DNA of 64,000 nucleotides from an uncultured Actinomycetota bacterium (GCA_963796905.1 CAWCNK010000008.1:225298-289297), one strand, 5' to 3'. Positions 34,751 to 44,265 are shown, counted from the stretch's first letter. Notes: a model not told the origin generated them from the sequence alone. Translations and numbers: made by a program.

Positions 34751-37472
34751 CAGGTCCGGCTCCCCCTGCTCTCTCCTCCTTCGCCTCGGCGACGGCCACC
34801 GGTCCGGGGACCGCGGTGGTATCCATCACCGTGACCACCGAGGGCACCGCCGACGGGTCCGGTACCGGCGAGTCGGGGTGGAGCAACTTGCGGATGGCGG
34901 GCTCCGTCGTGCTCCGGAACGCCGCGAGCGCGGCAGCCGGCTGCTTGCCCTTGATGTCCACGGCCAGCCACGTCACCCATTGCATCCAGGGCAGGGTGTG
35001 CGCGCCCTTGGTGAACCTGCCCTGCCGCTCCACCGCCACATCCAGCACGGCGCCGTCGCCGTCGAGCACCACCTGGACGGCGAGTTCGGCGCCCGGCGAG
35101 GGTTTCTTCTTCTTGTCCTGGTAGAGGTCGCGCCCGGTGTAGACCAGCTTGGCCTCCGCTGCGGACAGGGTGCCGTAGACATCGTCCACCACGTCGGTCT
35201 CGCTGCCGCGAGACCGTTTCGTGGCATGGCTTTCTCCCTCGGACGCACTGCTCGGAGCAGATCCCGTGGTCAGATAGGACGTCAGCTTCTGGGCATCCAG
35301 CTTGGCGGCGTCGCCCAGCTCGTCGCCGTCGTGGAGTGCGATCACCTTCTGCTGGTGCTTCAACTCGACCGCGGCCGCCTCGGCGTAGCGCATCTTGACC
35401 AGGCGCACCAGGTGGTTCTGGATGATCGCGAAGTTCTGCTCCTCGGTGCGTTCCACCGGCGCGGCCTCTGCCGCACCCACCAGAGGCCCGCCGACGTCCT
35501 CCTCTTCCTCCTCGGATTCGCTCGACGACGAGTCGGCCAGCTTCCGCTTCGCCGAGGATTTCCCCTTGCCGCGCTTGACCATCGCGAGCCGGCGGCGCTC
35601 GGCTTCGGCCTGCACGGCGACCCGAGCACGGGCGAGGCCCTCGGCCAGCAGGATGTCATCGGCCAGCGCGCCGAAGTTCAGCGGGAAGTTGGTGAGAACC
35701 GACTGCACGTGCTGCTGGGCCATCAGCTCGGTGCGCTCGTCGGCGTCGAGCGTGGGATCCAGTCCCGGCATCAGGACGGCCAGCGCCTCGGCGTTCGGCT
35801 CGATCGCGGCCTGGGCCATCCGGAAGGTGGCGATGGTGCTCACGAAGTCGCGGCGCAGCTGGCCGGGTGGCTGCCGGCCGGTCTCGGGGTCGGCGAGGAA
35901 GCCGGGCAGCCCGGACTCGCCGTCACCCTTGCCACCCCGGCTGCGGTTGGCGCCCTTCCAGTCGGACACCGACAGCGGCACCAGCTCCCGCAGTTCGAGG
36001 TAGGCGGCGATGTAGTCCTGCAGCCGGACGATCTTGAGGTCGTCGGAGTCGGCGGAGTCCAGCAGCGCCTGGCAGGTGTCCAGGTGCTCCTTGGCCGTGA
36101 CGAACCGGGCGTGGTGGCTGGCTCGCCGGTGCCGGCCGCCCGTGCTGCCGGAACTCTCGCCGAGGTCGGGTTCGCCACCGCCCAGGTCCAGGCCGCTGCC
36201 CAGATCAAGGGTGACGGCCGAGGCCGGCGCGGTGACCGGGCCGCCGGTGCTGGTGGAAGGCTCTTCCTCCTCCACGTCCTCGTCCACCGCCTCGACCGCC
36301 TCGACCGCCTCGACCGGCTTCAGCGCGTCCACCAGGCCCCAGCCGGGGAGCTTGGCCAGCTCGGCGGCCATCGCCTTCAGCTCGTCGACCGCGACGGAGA
36401 ACGGCTGGCCGGCGATCGCGTTCTCCACGCCCTTGCGGGAGATCACGAAGGCGGTCATGTGGTCGCCCATCGACGAGCCGAACAGCGGCGCCGGCCGGCC
36501 CACGATCGCCACCGTCTCGACGAACAGTTCGTAGGCCGGCTCCGCGACGGCTCCGCCCGGCAGGTCCTCGCCCAGCAGGTCCTCCTCGACCGGTTCCGGC
36601 CCGGGCGCCAGCACCGGCCCGGCGTGCACCGGCGGATGCGGGTCGAGCACGGCGCCCAGCTCGGGCATCTCCTCGTCGACCTCGACCTCGATGCCGGCCT
36701 CGTTCGAGGCCGCCTCGCCGTGCACGTAGTGGCTGGGCGTGATCTGCACGGCCAGCCGGCGCAGCACCGCCCGGTGTGCGGTGCCGCCGTCCTGCAGGGT
36801 GTGCGCCAGTTCGTGGGCCAGCAGGTGCCGGTCGGCGGCGCTGGCGGAGTCCGGCACCCGGTCGCCGAAGTAGATGTCGGAGCCGAGGGTGAAGGCGCGG
36901 GCGCCCAGCGCCGCGTTCAGGCCGGCCGACGCCGGGCCCGAATGCACCCGGACGGCGCTGAAATCGGCGCCGAAGGCATCCTCGTACTCCCGGCGCAGCG
37001 CCGGTGCCAGCGCGGTGCCCGAGGTGCCGGCCGCGCGCAGCGCCTGTTCGGTGCCGGCGTCGACCTCGCCGCCGGCCAGCCCCATGCCAGCGGCCGGGCG
37101 GTTGCCGGTCGCGGGCGCCGGCCCCGCCGGGGTTCGCCGCAGCGCGCCCAGCACCGCCGCCGGCTGGTCGGGACCGGCCGGGCCGGGCTGCAGCATCCGG
37201 TGCACCACGGCGTCGGCCAGCGTGTCGGCCTCGGCCTCGGCCGGGTCGTCGGCACGCCCGACCAGCAGCTTCGGCCGGACCTGCAAGGCCTGCAGCCCGG
37301 TGCGGAGCTGGTCCGGGCGGTCGGCGGCCACGGCCAACCCGGTGAGCGCCACGTGGCTGCCGGCCGGCACGGCGGTGTCCGGTTTCGCGGTGCCGTCCGG
37401 CTCCACGGGCCGGGATGCCCGACTGCCGGTCGAGCGGGCTCGGCGGGCCGGATCGTGGGCTCTCGCGGTCAC
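34566..37472 (-). CDS. DUF4157 (eCIS-associated zincin-like domain) giant protein with uncharacterised C-terminal region
   Basis: GTG at 37472 follows AGGAG. The N-terminal region reads KLLVGRADDPAEAEADTLADAVV...FGADFSAVRVHSGPASAGLNAALGARAFTLGSDIYFG...LLAHELAHTLQ (HExxH at 36801-15). Then about 650 aa follow with SSSSESEEEEED, KRGKGKSSAKRK and DKKKKP tracts. The last ~60 codons (34566-34760) have poor GC3 and look non-coding. Confidence 0.75.
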   Translation of the reverse strand: MTARAHDPARRARSTGSRASRPVEPDGTAKPDTAVPAGSHVALTGLAVAADRPDQLRTGLQALQVRPKLLVGRADDPAEAEADTLADAVVHRMLQPGPAGPDQPAAVLGALRRTPAGPAPATGNRPAAGMGLAGGEVDAGTEQALRAAGTSGTALAPALRREYEDAFGADFSAVRVHSGPASAGLNAALGARAFTLGSDIYFGDRVPDSASAADRHLLAHELAHTLQDGGTAHRAVLRRLAVQITPSHYVHGEAASNEAGIEVEVDEEMPELGAVLDPHPPVHAGPVLAPGPEPVEEDLLGEDLPGGAVAEPAYELFVETVAIVGRPAPLFGSSMGDHMTAFVISRKGVENAIAGQPFSVAVDELKAMAAELAKLPGWGLVDALKPVEAVEAVEAVDEDVEEEEPSTSTGGPVTAPASAVTLDLGSGLDLGGGEPDLGESSGSTGGRHRRASHHARFVTAKEHLDTCQALLDSADSDDLKIVRLQDYIAAYLELRELVPLSVSDWKGANRSRGGKGDGESGLPGFLADPETGRQPPGQLRRDFVSTIATFRMAQAAIEPNAEALAVLMPGLDPTLDADERTELMAQQHVQSVLTNFPLNFGALADDILLAEGLARARVAVQAEAERRRLAMVKRGKGKSSAKRKLADSSSSESEEEEEDVGGPLVGAAEAAPVERTEEQNFAIIQNHLVRLVKMRYAEAAAVELKHQQKVIALHDGDELGDAAKLDAQKLTSYLTTGSAPSSASEGESHATKRSRGSETDVVDDVYGTLSAAEAKLVYTGRDLYQDKKKKPSPGAELAVQVVLDGDGAVLDVAVERQGRFTKGAHTLPWMQWVTWLAVDIKGKQPAAALAAFRSTTEPAIRKLLHPDSPVPDPSAVPSVVTVMDTTAVPGPVAVAEAKEERAGGAGPVAGGQHAAGRTPGRHRRDAGGDHRRAGQRRAGRGRHRRQGRIPPPGRACRLPAGRADVLAG

Positions 37473-37635
37473 CTGGGCTCCTGATGTGTCGCTGTGGCAG
37501 GACGCGGCGTCCTGTGAGGCCCCCGGGCGGAAGGGTAGCCGGGTGACGGCGGGCCGGCGGGCGATTGCCGATCGCGGCGCGCGACCGGGACGCCGGCCGT
37601 TTCGCACCGGGCCGCCGGCTGGCTACGGTCGAGAC

Positions 37636-39816
37636 GTGGCCCGCACCGATCCGCCCGCCGCGACAGCCCCCGGCCCGCGCGCCGGGCAGTCCGGTGCCCC
37701 GCGCACCCCGGCCGGCGCGGTCGGCGCCGCGCTGCGGCGGTTCTACGCCGATGCCACCCGGTTCGACCTGAGCCAGTCCGACCCGGTGGTCGCCGCCCGC
37801 AACGCCCTCGGGCTGCTGGCGCCGCTGGTACTGGCCGCCGCGCTCGGCAGCCCGGCGGTCGGCGTCCGGGCGGCCATCGGCGCGCTGCAGACCGCCTTCG
37901 CCGACCGGCCCGGCCCGTACCGGCTGCGGCTGGCCCGGATGCTGATCACCGCGCTGGCCGCCGGCGTCACGGCGGGCCTGGCCGCCGGTTTCGGCGCCAG
38001 CCTGCTGGCCTCGGCGGTGCTGCTGGCGGTCTGCGCGTTCGCCGCCGGCCTGCTGCTGTCGGTCGGGCCCAGTGCCGCCCAGGTCGGGGTGGCGGCGACT
38101 GCGTGTGCGCTGGTGCTCGGCCACCTGCCGCAGCCGCCGTTGGCCGCCGTGGCCACCGGGCTGCTGGTGTTCGCCGGCGGGGCGTTGCAGGCGGTGCTGG
38201 CGATCGCGGCCTGGCCGCTGGGCCGGCACGGTCCCGAGCGGCGGGCGCTGGCCGCCCTCTACCGGCAGCTGGCCGGGCTCGCCGAGCGGCCGATCGACGC
38301 CGCCACCAGCCCGCCGCTGGGTGAGGCCATCGCCGATGCCCGGGCAGTGCTCAGCGGCGCCGGTCACGACCACGGGCCGAGCGTGGAGGCCTACCGGGTG
38401 CTGCTGGACGAGGCGACGCGGGCCCGGCAGGACATCCTGGTGCTGTCGGCCTACGCCGACCGGCTGCGCCAGGAGGAACGGGACGGGCCGGCGTCGGAGA
38501 TCCGGGCCGAGCTGGCCACCGCCGCCGCGGTGCTGCGCAGCATCGCGGCCGCCCTGCAGGCCGGTGGCCCGGTCGACGGGCTGCGCACCGATCAGCTGCT
38601 CGGCGATGCTGGCAGTGCCGGCCTGCGCCTGCTGGGCGACTCGCTCACCGAGCAGGCGGCGGCCAGCCGGATCGCCAGCCTGGCCGGCCAGCTGCGGGCG
38701 ATGGTGGAGACGGCGCGCACCGGTGCCGGCGAGGGCAGCCGGGACGAGGACGCCGACCGGCCCGGCGCCACCATCCGGCTGCGGGACCCGATTCAGGTGG
38801 TGCGCGCGAACCTGCACCTGAGCTCCCCGGCGCTGCGGCACGCCGCCCGGCTGGCGGTGCTGGTGCCGCTGACCGACGTGCTCACCCGGGCGGCCGGCAT
38901 CGAGCGCGGTTACTGGGTGTCGCTGACCATCCTGGTGGTGTTGCGCCCGGACTTCGGCGCCACCTTCCAGCGCTCGCTGCTGCGGGTGGTCGGCACCCTG
39001 GTCGGGCTGTTGCTGACCAGCCTGGTGCTGCACTACCTGCTCGGCGACTGGCAGCCGGGCACCATCGTGCTGCTCGGCCTGCTGTTCTTCGGGGTGCGGC
39101 TGGCCGGCCAGCCGAACTTCGCCTGGACGTCGGTGTTCCTGGCCGGGCTGGTGGTGCTGCTGCTGTCGCTGGCCGGCTTTCCCGCGCACGACACCGTGGT
39201 GGACCGGTCGATCGACACCGTGCTGGGCGGGGCCATCGCGCTGGCCGCGGCACTGGTCGGGCCCAGCTGGGAACGCGGCCAGCTGGCGTCCCGGCTGGCC
39301 GACCTGCTGCGGGCCTACCGGCACTACCTGCTGATGCTGGTGGACGCCGGGGCGGGCGCGGCCCAGCGGTCGGCGGCCCGCAGCCAGGCCCGGCTGGCCC
39401 GGTCGGCCGCCGAGGCGTCACTGGACCGGGCGCGCGCCGAGCCGGTGGACTCCCAGGGCCTGGTCGAGTTGGGCAGCGCGGTGCTGGCGCACAGCCACCG
39501 GCTGGTGCACGCGCTGACCGCGCTGGACGCCACCCGGCGGGCCGGCGAGGGCTATGCGGCGGTGCCGGAGTTCCGGGCCCTGGTGGACGCGGCGCTGGCG
39601 GCGATCGAGGAGTTGGCCGGTGCGGTGCGCGCCGGCCGCCGGCCGGCCCGGTCGGCGAACCTGCGTGACCTGCACGCCGAGCTGGTTCGGGCACTGGAGT
39701 CGGCCGGTCACGGGAGCGACCCGCTGCCGCCGGAACTCGCTGCCACCGTGATCGAGGCGACCGACCGTTTGGTGGACAGCCTGAACTCGCTGGCCGCCGT
39801 GCTCACCGGGCACTGA
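37636..39816 (+). CDS. FUSC family (fusaric-acid-resistance-like / aromatic acid exporter) membrane protein
   Basis: Two multi-TM bundles separated by a long cytoplasmic helical domain. The start is inferred (GTG at 37636). The first 254 codons of the 980-aa track ORF are antisense junk. Confidence 0.75.
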   Translation: MARTDPPAATAPGPRAGQSGAPRTPAGAVGAALRRFYADATRFDLSQSDPVVAARNALGLLAPLVLAAALGSPAVGVRAAIGALQTAFADRPGPYRLRLARMLITALAAGVTAGLAAGFGASLLASAVLLAVCAFAAGLLLSVGPSAAQVGVAATACALVLGHLPQPPLAAVATGLLVFAGGALQAVLAIAAWPLGRHGPERRALAALYRQLAGLAERPIDAATSPPLGEAIADARAVLSGAGHDHGPSVEAYRVLLDEATRARQDILVLSAYADRLRQEERDGPASEIRAELATAAAVLRSIAAALQAGGPVDGLRTDQLLGDAGSAGLRLLGDSLTEQAAASRIASLAGQLRAMVETARTGAGEGSRDEDADRPGATIRLRDPIQVVRANLHLSSPALRHAARLAVLVPLTDVLTRAAGIERGYWVSLTILVVLRPDFGATFQRSLLRVVGTLVGLLLTSLVLHYLLGDWQPGTIVLLGLLFFGVRLAGQPNFAWTSVFLAGLVVLLLSLAGFPAHDTVVDRSIDTVLGGAIALAAALVGPSWERGQLASRLADLLRAYRHYLLMLVDAGAGAAQRSAARSQARLARSAAEASLDRARAEPVDSQGLVELGSAVLAHSHRLVHALTALDATRRAGEGYAAVPEFRALVDAALAAIEELAGAVRAGRRPARSANLRDLHAELVRALESAGHGSDPLPPELAATVIEATDRLVDSLNSLAAVLTGH

Positions 39817-39849
39817 CGCGCCACCGTCGCGCTGTCGCCAGGTGTATGC

Positions 39850-39863
39850 TTGCCGATAGGCAA
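39850..39863. promoter_or_regulatory. Perfect inverted repeat, candidate MarR operator
   Basis: TTGCC-GATA-GGCAA lies immediately upstream of the MarR/MFS pair. Confidence 0.4.
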
Positions 39864-39887
39864 CTAAATGTGGAGGCGGCAGGCCAG

Positions 39888-40400
39888 ATGCAGCAGGTGG
39901 CGGACGAGCGCGGAGTCCGGTTCGACGGTGCCGACGTGGACCGGTTGCGCATCGCGCTGGGGCGGATCGCCCGGCAGGTGGACCGGCAGGTCTCCGGTGA
40001 CGGGATGACCCGCAGCCAGCTGTCGGTGCTGGCCACCATCGCCCGGCACGGCCCGCTGGGCCTGGGCGAACTGGCCGATATCGAAGGGCTGAACCCGACC
40101 ATGCTGTCCCGGGTGCTGGGCAAGCTGGAAGCGTCCGGGCTGGTGTCGCGGTCCACCTCCGAGGCCGACCGGCGAGCCGTCCGGGTGCAGACCACCGCGG
40201 CCGGTCGCGCCCTGCAGCAGCGGTTGCGGCGGCAGCGCAGCCAGCTGTTCGCCGCCCGGCTGACCGGCCTGCCGGACGAGCAGGCGACGAACCTGCTGGC
40301 TGCCCTGCCGGCGCTGGAGACCCTCGCCGAGCAGCTCACCCGATCCCAGCCGGCACCGGCAGCTCAGAAAACTCCGCAACCGGTCCGGGTGGGCCGGTGA
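39888..40400 (+). CDS. MarR family transcriptional regulator
   Basis: The wHTH reads MTRSQLSVLATIARHGPLGLGELADIEGLNPTMLSRVLGKLEASGLVSRSTSEADRRAVRVQTTAAG. ATG at 39888 is preferred over 39846 because the operator-like repeat overlaps the latter. Confidence 0.85.
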   Translation: MQQVADERGVRFDGADVDRLRIALGRIARQVDRQVSGDGMTRSQLSVLATIARHGPLGLGELADIEGLNPTMLSRVLGKLEASGLVSRSTSEADRRAVRVQTTAAGRALQQRLRRQRSQLFAARLTGLPDEQATNLLAALPALETLAEQLTRSQPAPAAQKTPQPVRVGR

Positions 40401-41746
40401 CCTCGGTCGCCGGCGCCAGCCGGCAGACCTTCGCCTCGCTCGCCAACCTGAACTTCCGCAGGTACTTCGCCGGTCAGGCCGTCTCGCTGATCGGCACCTG
40501 GATGCAGACCGTGGCGCAGTCCTGGCTGGTGTTGCAGCTGACCGGCTCGGGCACCGCGCTCGGCCTGGTGATCGCGCTGCAGACGCTGCCGGTGCTGCTG
40601 CTCGGGCCGTACGGCGGGGTGGTCGCCGACCGGGTGGACAAGCGCCGGCTGATGATCGCCCTGCAGTCCATGATGGGGCTGCTCGCCCTGGTGCTCGGCC
40701 TGCTGACCGTGTCCGGCCAGGTGCGGCTGTGGCAGGTCTACCTGCTGGCGGTGCTGCTCGGGCTGAACAACTGCTTCGAGAACCCGGCCCGGCAGGCCTT
40801 CGTGCTGGAGATGGTGGGACCGGCCCACCTGCGCAACGCCGTCAGCCTGAACTCGGTGCTGGTCAACGCCGCCCGGGCGATCGGCCCGGCGGTTGCCGGC
40901 CTGATCATCGCCACCGGCGGCACCGGGGTGTGCTTCCTGATCAACGCCGCCAGCTTCGTCGCCGTGGTGTTCTCGCTGACCACCCTGAACACCGCCGAAC
41001 TGCAGCCCGCCCCGCCGGCCAGCCGGGGCCGCGGCCAGCTGCGCGAGGGGCTGCGCTACGTCCGGCGCACCCCGGAGCTGGCCGTGCCGCTGGCCATGAT
41101 GGGACTGATCGGCTGCCTGGCCTACGAGTTCTCGGTGACCCTGCCGGTCGTCGCCAAGCAGACCTTCGGCGGCGGCGCGCAGGTGTACGGCTTCATGACC
41201 GCGGCGATGGGCCTCGGCGCGGTGGTCGGCGGGCTGTGGGTGGCGGCCCGCGGCCGGGTCGGCATCCGGGCGCTGGTCCGGTCCGCGGCGGTGTTCGGCG
41301 CGGTGATCGCGGCGGCCGCGCTGGCACCCACGCTGCCGCTGGAACTGCTCGCCCTGACCCTGGTGGGGGCGGCCAGCGTCGGCTTCCTGGCCAAGGGCAA
41401 CTCCAGCCTGCAGCTGGCCGCCTCGCCCGGCATGCGGGGCCGGGTGATGGCGCTGTGGGCGGTGGCCTTCCTCGGCTCGACGCCGATCGGCGGCCCGATA
41501 GCGGGTGCGGTGAGCGAGCAGTTCGGCGGCCGGGCCGGCCTCGCGCTGGGCGCGGCGGCCTGCCTGCTGGCGGCCGCCCTCGGCGGGCTGGTGCTGCGCC
41601 GGCTGGATGCGGCGGCGGTTCCGGCCACCCGGCCGCTGGCCGTCGAGCAGGCCGAGCGAACCGTGCCGCGCGGCCAGCGACCGCCGGCCGGGGGCGGCGC
41701 GATCGAACCCGTTATCGAGGAGATTCCTCAGCCCGGGGCGGCCTGA
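40397..41746 (+). CDS. MFS transporter (EntS/MFS_3-like efflux)
   Basis: 449 aa. The GTG overlaps the MarR stop (GTGA). There are 12 predicted TM segments. Sequence includes GPYGGVVADRVDKRRLM. Confidence 0.85.
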   Translation: MTSVAGASRQTFASLANLNFRRYFAGQAVSLIGTWMQTVAQSWLVLQLTGSGTALGLVIALQTLPVLLLGPYGGVVADRVDKRRLMIALQSMMGLLALVLGLLTVSGQVRLWQVYLLAVLLGLNNCFENPARQAFVLEMVGPAHLRNAVSLNSVLVNAARAIGPAVAGLIIATGGTGVCFLINAASFVAVVFSLTTLNTAELQPAPPASRGRGQLREGLRYVRRTPELAVPLAMMGLIGCLAYEFSVTLPVVAKQTFGGGAQVYGFMTAAMGLGAVVGGLWVAARGRVGIRALVRSAAVFGAVIAAAALAPTLPLELLALTLVGAASVGFLAKGNSSLQLAASPGMRGRVMALWAVAFLGSTPIGGPIAGAVSEQFGGRAGLALGAAACLLAAALGGLVLRRLDAAAVPATRPLAVEQAERTVPRGQRPPAGGGAIEPVIEEIPQPGAA

Positions 41747-42203
41747 GCAGGTGCTCGGCCAACCTCTCCAGGAACTCTCGCTGGCTGCTGATCAGGCGCT
41801 CGGATGCCTGCTCCGGCGTGCACCAGGCCAGCCGGTCCAGCTCGGGAAACTGCTGGATCCGCCCCGAGCCGCGCGGCCACTCCAGGTCGAAGGTGCCGGG
41901 CACCACCGCGGCCAGGTCGACCTCGGCCTCGATCGCCCAGGCGGTGACCTGCTTGCCGCCGCTCTGGGTCACGGTGCCCAGCTCGATCAACTCGCCGTCG
42001 GGCACCGGCAGGCCGAGCTCCTCGGTGAACTCCCGCCGGGCGGCCTGCAGCGGTGTCTCGTCCGGGCCGTACTCGCCCTTCGGGATGGACCAGGCCGCGC
42101 TCTCCCGGCGGCTCCACAACGGGCCGCCGAGGTGGCCGATCAGGACTTCGAGCTGCGGTTGCCGGCGGAACAGCAGCAGTCCGGCGCTGCGCTTGGCTGC
42201 CAT
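41712..42203 (-). CDS. NUDIX hydrolase
   Basis: 163 aa. The Nudix box is GEYGPDETPLQAARREFTEELGL. Its 3' end overlaps the convergent MFS gene by 35 nt. Confidence 0.85.
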   Translation of the reverse strand: MAAKRSAGLLLFRRQPQLEVLIGHLGGPLWSRRESAAWSIPKGEYGPDETPLQAARREFTEELGLPVPDGELIELGTVTQSGGKQVTAWAIEAEVDLAAVVPGTFDLEWPRGSGRIQQFPELDRLAWCTPEQASERLISSQREFLERLAEHLLRPPRAEESPR

Positions 42204-42256
42204 GGGCAGCGATTCTTCCGCACCCGGCCCGGCGCTGACATCGGGCTGCGGCGGCG

Positions 42257-43000
42257 ATGACGTCCACCGAGTTCGCGCTGCTGGTACTGGCCGGCGCCGC
42301 CGCGGGCCTGGCCGGGGGAGTGGCGGGGCTGGCTTCGGTGATCAGCTACCCGGCGTTGCTGGCCGCCGGCCTGCCGCCGGTGACGGCCAACGTGACCAAC
42401 ACCGTGGCGCTGGTCTTCTCGAGCGTTGGTTCGGTGCTCGGCGGCCGGCCGGAGTTGCGCGGCCAGGGCCCGCGGATGCGGGTGCTGGGGCTGGTCGGCC
42501 TGCTGGGCGGCACGCTGGGCGCGGTGCTGCTGCTGCTCACCCCGGCCGACGCCTTCGAAAAGGTGGTGCCGGTGCTGATCGGCGGTGCCGCGGTGGGCGT
42601 GCTGATTCCCCGCCCGCGGGCGCCCCGGCACGCCACCGGCACGGACGCCCGCTGGGTGGTGGCCGGCGTGTTCGCGGTGTCGGTGTACGGCGGCTACTTC
42701 GGTGCCGCGGCCGGCGTGCTGCTGCTCGCCCTGCTGCTGAACGCCACCACCGACTCGCTGCCGGTCAGCAATGCCATCAAGAACGCGGTACTCGGGCTGG
42801 CCAACGGCATCGCGGCGGTGGGCTTCGCCCTGTTCTCCGACGTCCGGTGGCTGGTGGCGCTGCCGCTGGCGGTCGGCTTCTTCGCCGGTGGCCTGCTGTC
42901 GCCGATGCTGGTCCGCCGGCTGCCGGCCACGCCGCTGCGGCTGCTGATCGCGACGCTGGGCGTCGGGATCGCGATCCGGCTGGGGCTACAGGCCTACTGA
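42257..43000 (+). CDS. TauE/SafE family sulfite/organosulfonate exporter
   Basis: 247 aa with 7-8 TM segments. The duplicated 4-TM pattern is typical of TauE. Confidence 0.8.
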   Translation: MTSTEFALLVLAGAAAGLAGGVAGLASVISYPALLAAGLPPVTANVTNTVALVFSSVGSVLGGRPELRGQGPRMRVLGLVGLLGGTLGAVLLLLTPADAFEKVVPVLIGGAAVGVLIPRPRAPRHATGTDARWVVAGVFAVSVYGGYFGAAAGVLLLALLLNATTDSLPVSNAIKNAVLGLANGIAAVGFALFSDVRWLVALPLAVGFFAGGLLSPMLVRRLPATPLRLLIATLGVGIAIRLGLQAY

Positions 43001-44265
43001 CCGACGCCGGCCGGCTGGGGCAGCTCGTCGTCGACGAAGTCCGGACGTCCGGCGTAGAGGCCGGCGGCGGCCGAGCAGAGCAGAGCGAGGATGAGCAGCA
43101 GCAGCGGCCAGGTCCAGCTGCCGGTGATCCCGAGCAGCACGCCGACCAGCAGCGGGCCGGTGCCGGCCAGCAGGTAGCCGATGCCCTGCACGAACGCCGA
43201 CAGCGCCGTGGTGGTCGCCAGCTCCGCCGACCGCAGCCCGATCATGGTCAGGCTGAGCGGGAACATCCCGCTGCCGATCCCGCCGAGCAGCATCCACAGC
43301 CAGGCACCGCCGACCGGGGCGGTCAGCATGCCCAGGTAGGACACCAGGCTGGCCAGTGCCAGGCCTGCCACGATCAGCCGCTGGCCGCGCACCGCCAGCG
43401 CCGGGATCACCATCGAGACCGGGATGGACAGCGCCGAGTAGAAGGCGACCAGCAGCCCGGCCCGGCCGGCGGACAAGTGGTGGTCGCGGAAGAAGTCGGT
43501 GAACCAGCCGAAGGCGACGTAGGCCTGGAAGGACTGGGTGGCGAACATCAGGGTGAGCGCCCAGGCCAGCTTGCTGTGCACCAGCCGGCCCAGCGGCACC
43601 CGGTCCGGCAGCTCCGCGGGCTCGGACCGGTCGCCGGCCAGGGTGGGCAACCAGGGCAGCACCGCGACCGCGGTCAACGCCGCCCAGGCGCCGATGCCGA
43701 ACCGCCAGTTGTGCCCGCCCAGGTCGGCCAGCGGTACCGACAGCCCCGCGGCGGCGGTGATGCCGAGCGCCAGCGCCGTGGTGTAGACCGCCGTCATCGT
43801 CCCGATCCGGTCCGGGAAGTGCCGCTTGACCAGCGAGGGCATCAGCACGTTGGCGATCGCGCCGCCGGTCAGGGCCAGCATGCTCAGCACCGCGAACAGC
43901 CAGACGCTGCCGGCCACCGCCCGCAGCACCAGCCCGACGGTGGCCGTGAGCAGGGCCGCGGTCACCAGCCGGTGCTCGCCGAACCGGTGCGCCAGTCGGG
44001 GCCCCGCGAAGGCGATGCCCGCGAACGCGATCACCGGCAGCGTGGTCAGCACCCCGGCGACCGAGGACGAGGCGTGCAGGCCCTGCTCGATATCGGTCAG
44101 CAGCGCGCCGACGCTGGTCACCGCGACCCGCATGGTCAGGGCGGTGAGCACCAGCGCGGCCAGGATCAGGCCCTTGGCAGGGTCGCGCGGATTGGCCGGC
44201 CGGTCCGCCGGGACGGGCTCGACAGGGCTGAGCCGCGCGGCGGAGGAGGAGGCGGGCCGGGTCAC
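42994..44265 (-). CDS. MFS transporter (CynX/NimT-like)
   Basis: The LTMRVAVTSVGALL opening of TM1 and a 12-TM body are present. The start is uncertain: GTG at 44265 was chosen so that the gene does not run into the divergent LOG gene. Confidence 0.7.
   Translation of the reverse strand: MTRPASSSAARLSPVEPVPADRPANPRDPAKGLILAALVLTALTMRVAVTSVGALLTDIEQGLHASSSVAGVLTTLPVIAFAGIAFAGPRLAHRFGEHRLVTAALLTATVGLVLRAVAGSVWLFAVLSMLALTGGAIANVLMPSLVKRHFPDRIGTMTAVYTTALALGITAAAGLSVPLADLGGHNWRFGIGAWAALTAVAVLPWLPTLAGDRSEPAELPDRVPLGRLVHSKLAWALTLMFATQSFQAYVAFGWFTDFFRDHHLSAGRAGLLVAFYSALSIPVSMVIPALAVRGQRLIVAGLALASLVSYLGMLTAPVGGAWLWMLLGGIGSGMFPLSLTMIGLRSAELATTTALSAFVQGIGYLLAGTGPLLVGVLLGITGSWTWPLLLLILALLCSAAAGLYAGRPDFVDDELPQPAGVGQ

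Noticed and set aside
34566-37472. A complete extracellular contractile injection system locus around the DUF4157 gene.
   Set aside because: No sheath, tube, baseplate, spike or AAA+ ATPase genes are in the window. The neighbours are FUSC, a DUF2945 protein and small hypotheticals. Only an orphan DUF4157 protein can be claimed.
36205-39324. Very long ORFs in the track: 36205-39324 (-) 1039 aa, 40729-44310 (+) 1193 aa, 61070-63661 (-) 863 aa, 12513-14645 (+) 710 aa, 53210-55033 (+) 607 aa, 19317-21047 (-) 576 aa and similar.
   Set aside because: Their translations are Arg/Pro/Gly/Ala-rich low-complexity sequence with no motifs. Each is fully overlapped by a recognisable conserved protein in another frame or strand with proper GC3 bias. 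These are the shadow ORFs typical of stop-poor high-GC DNA.
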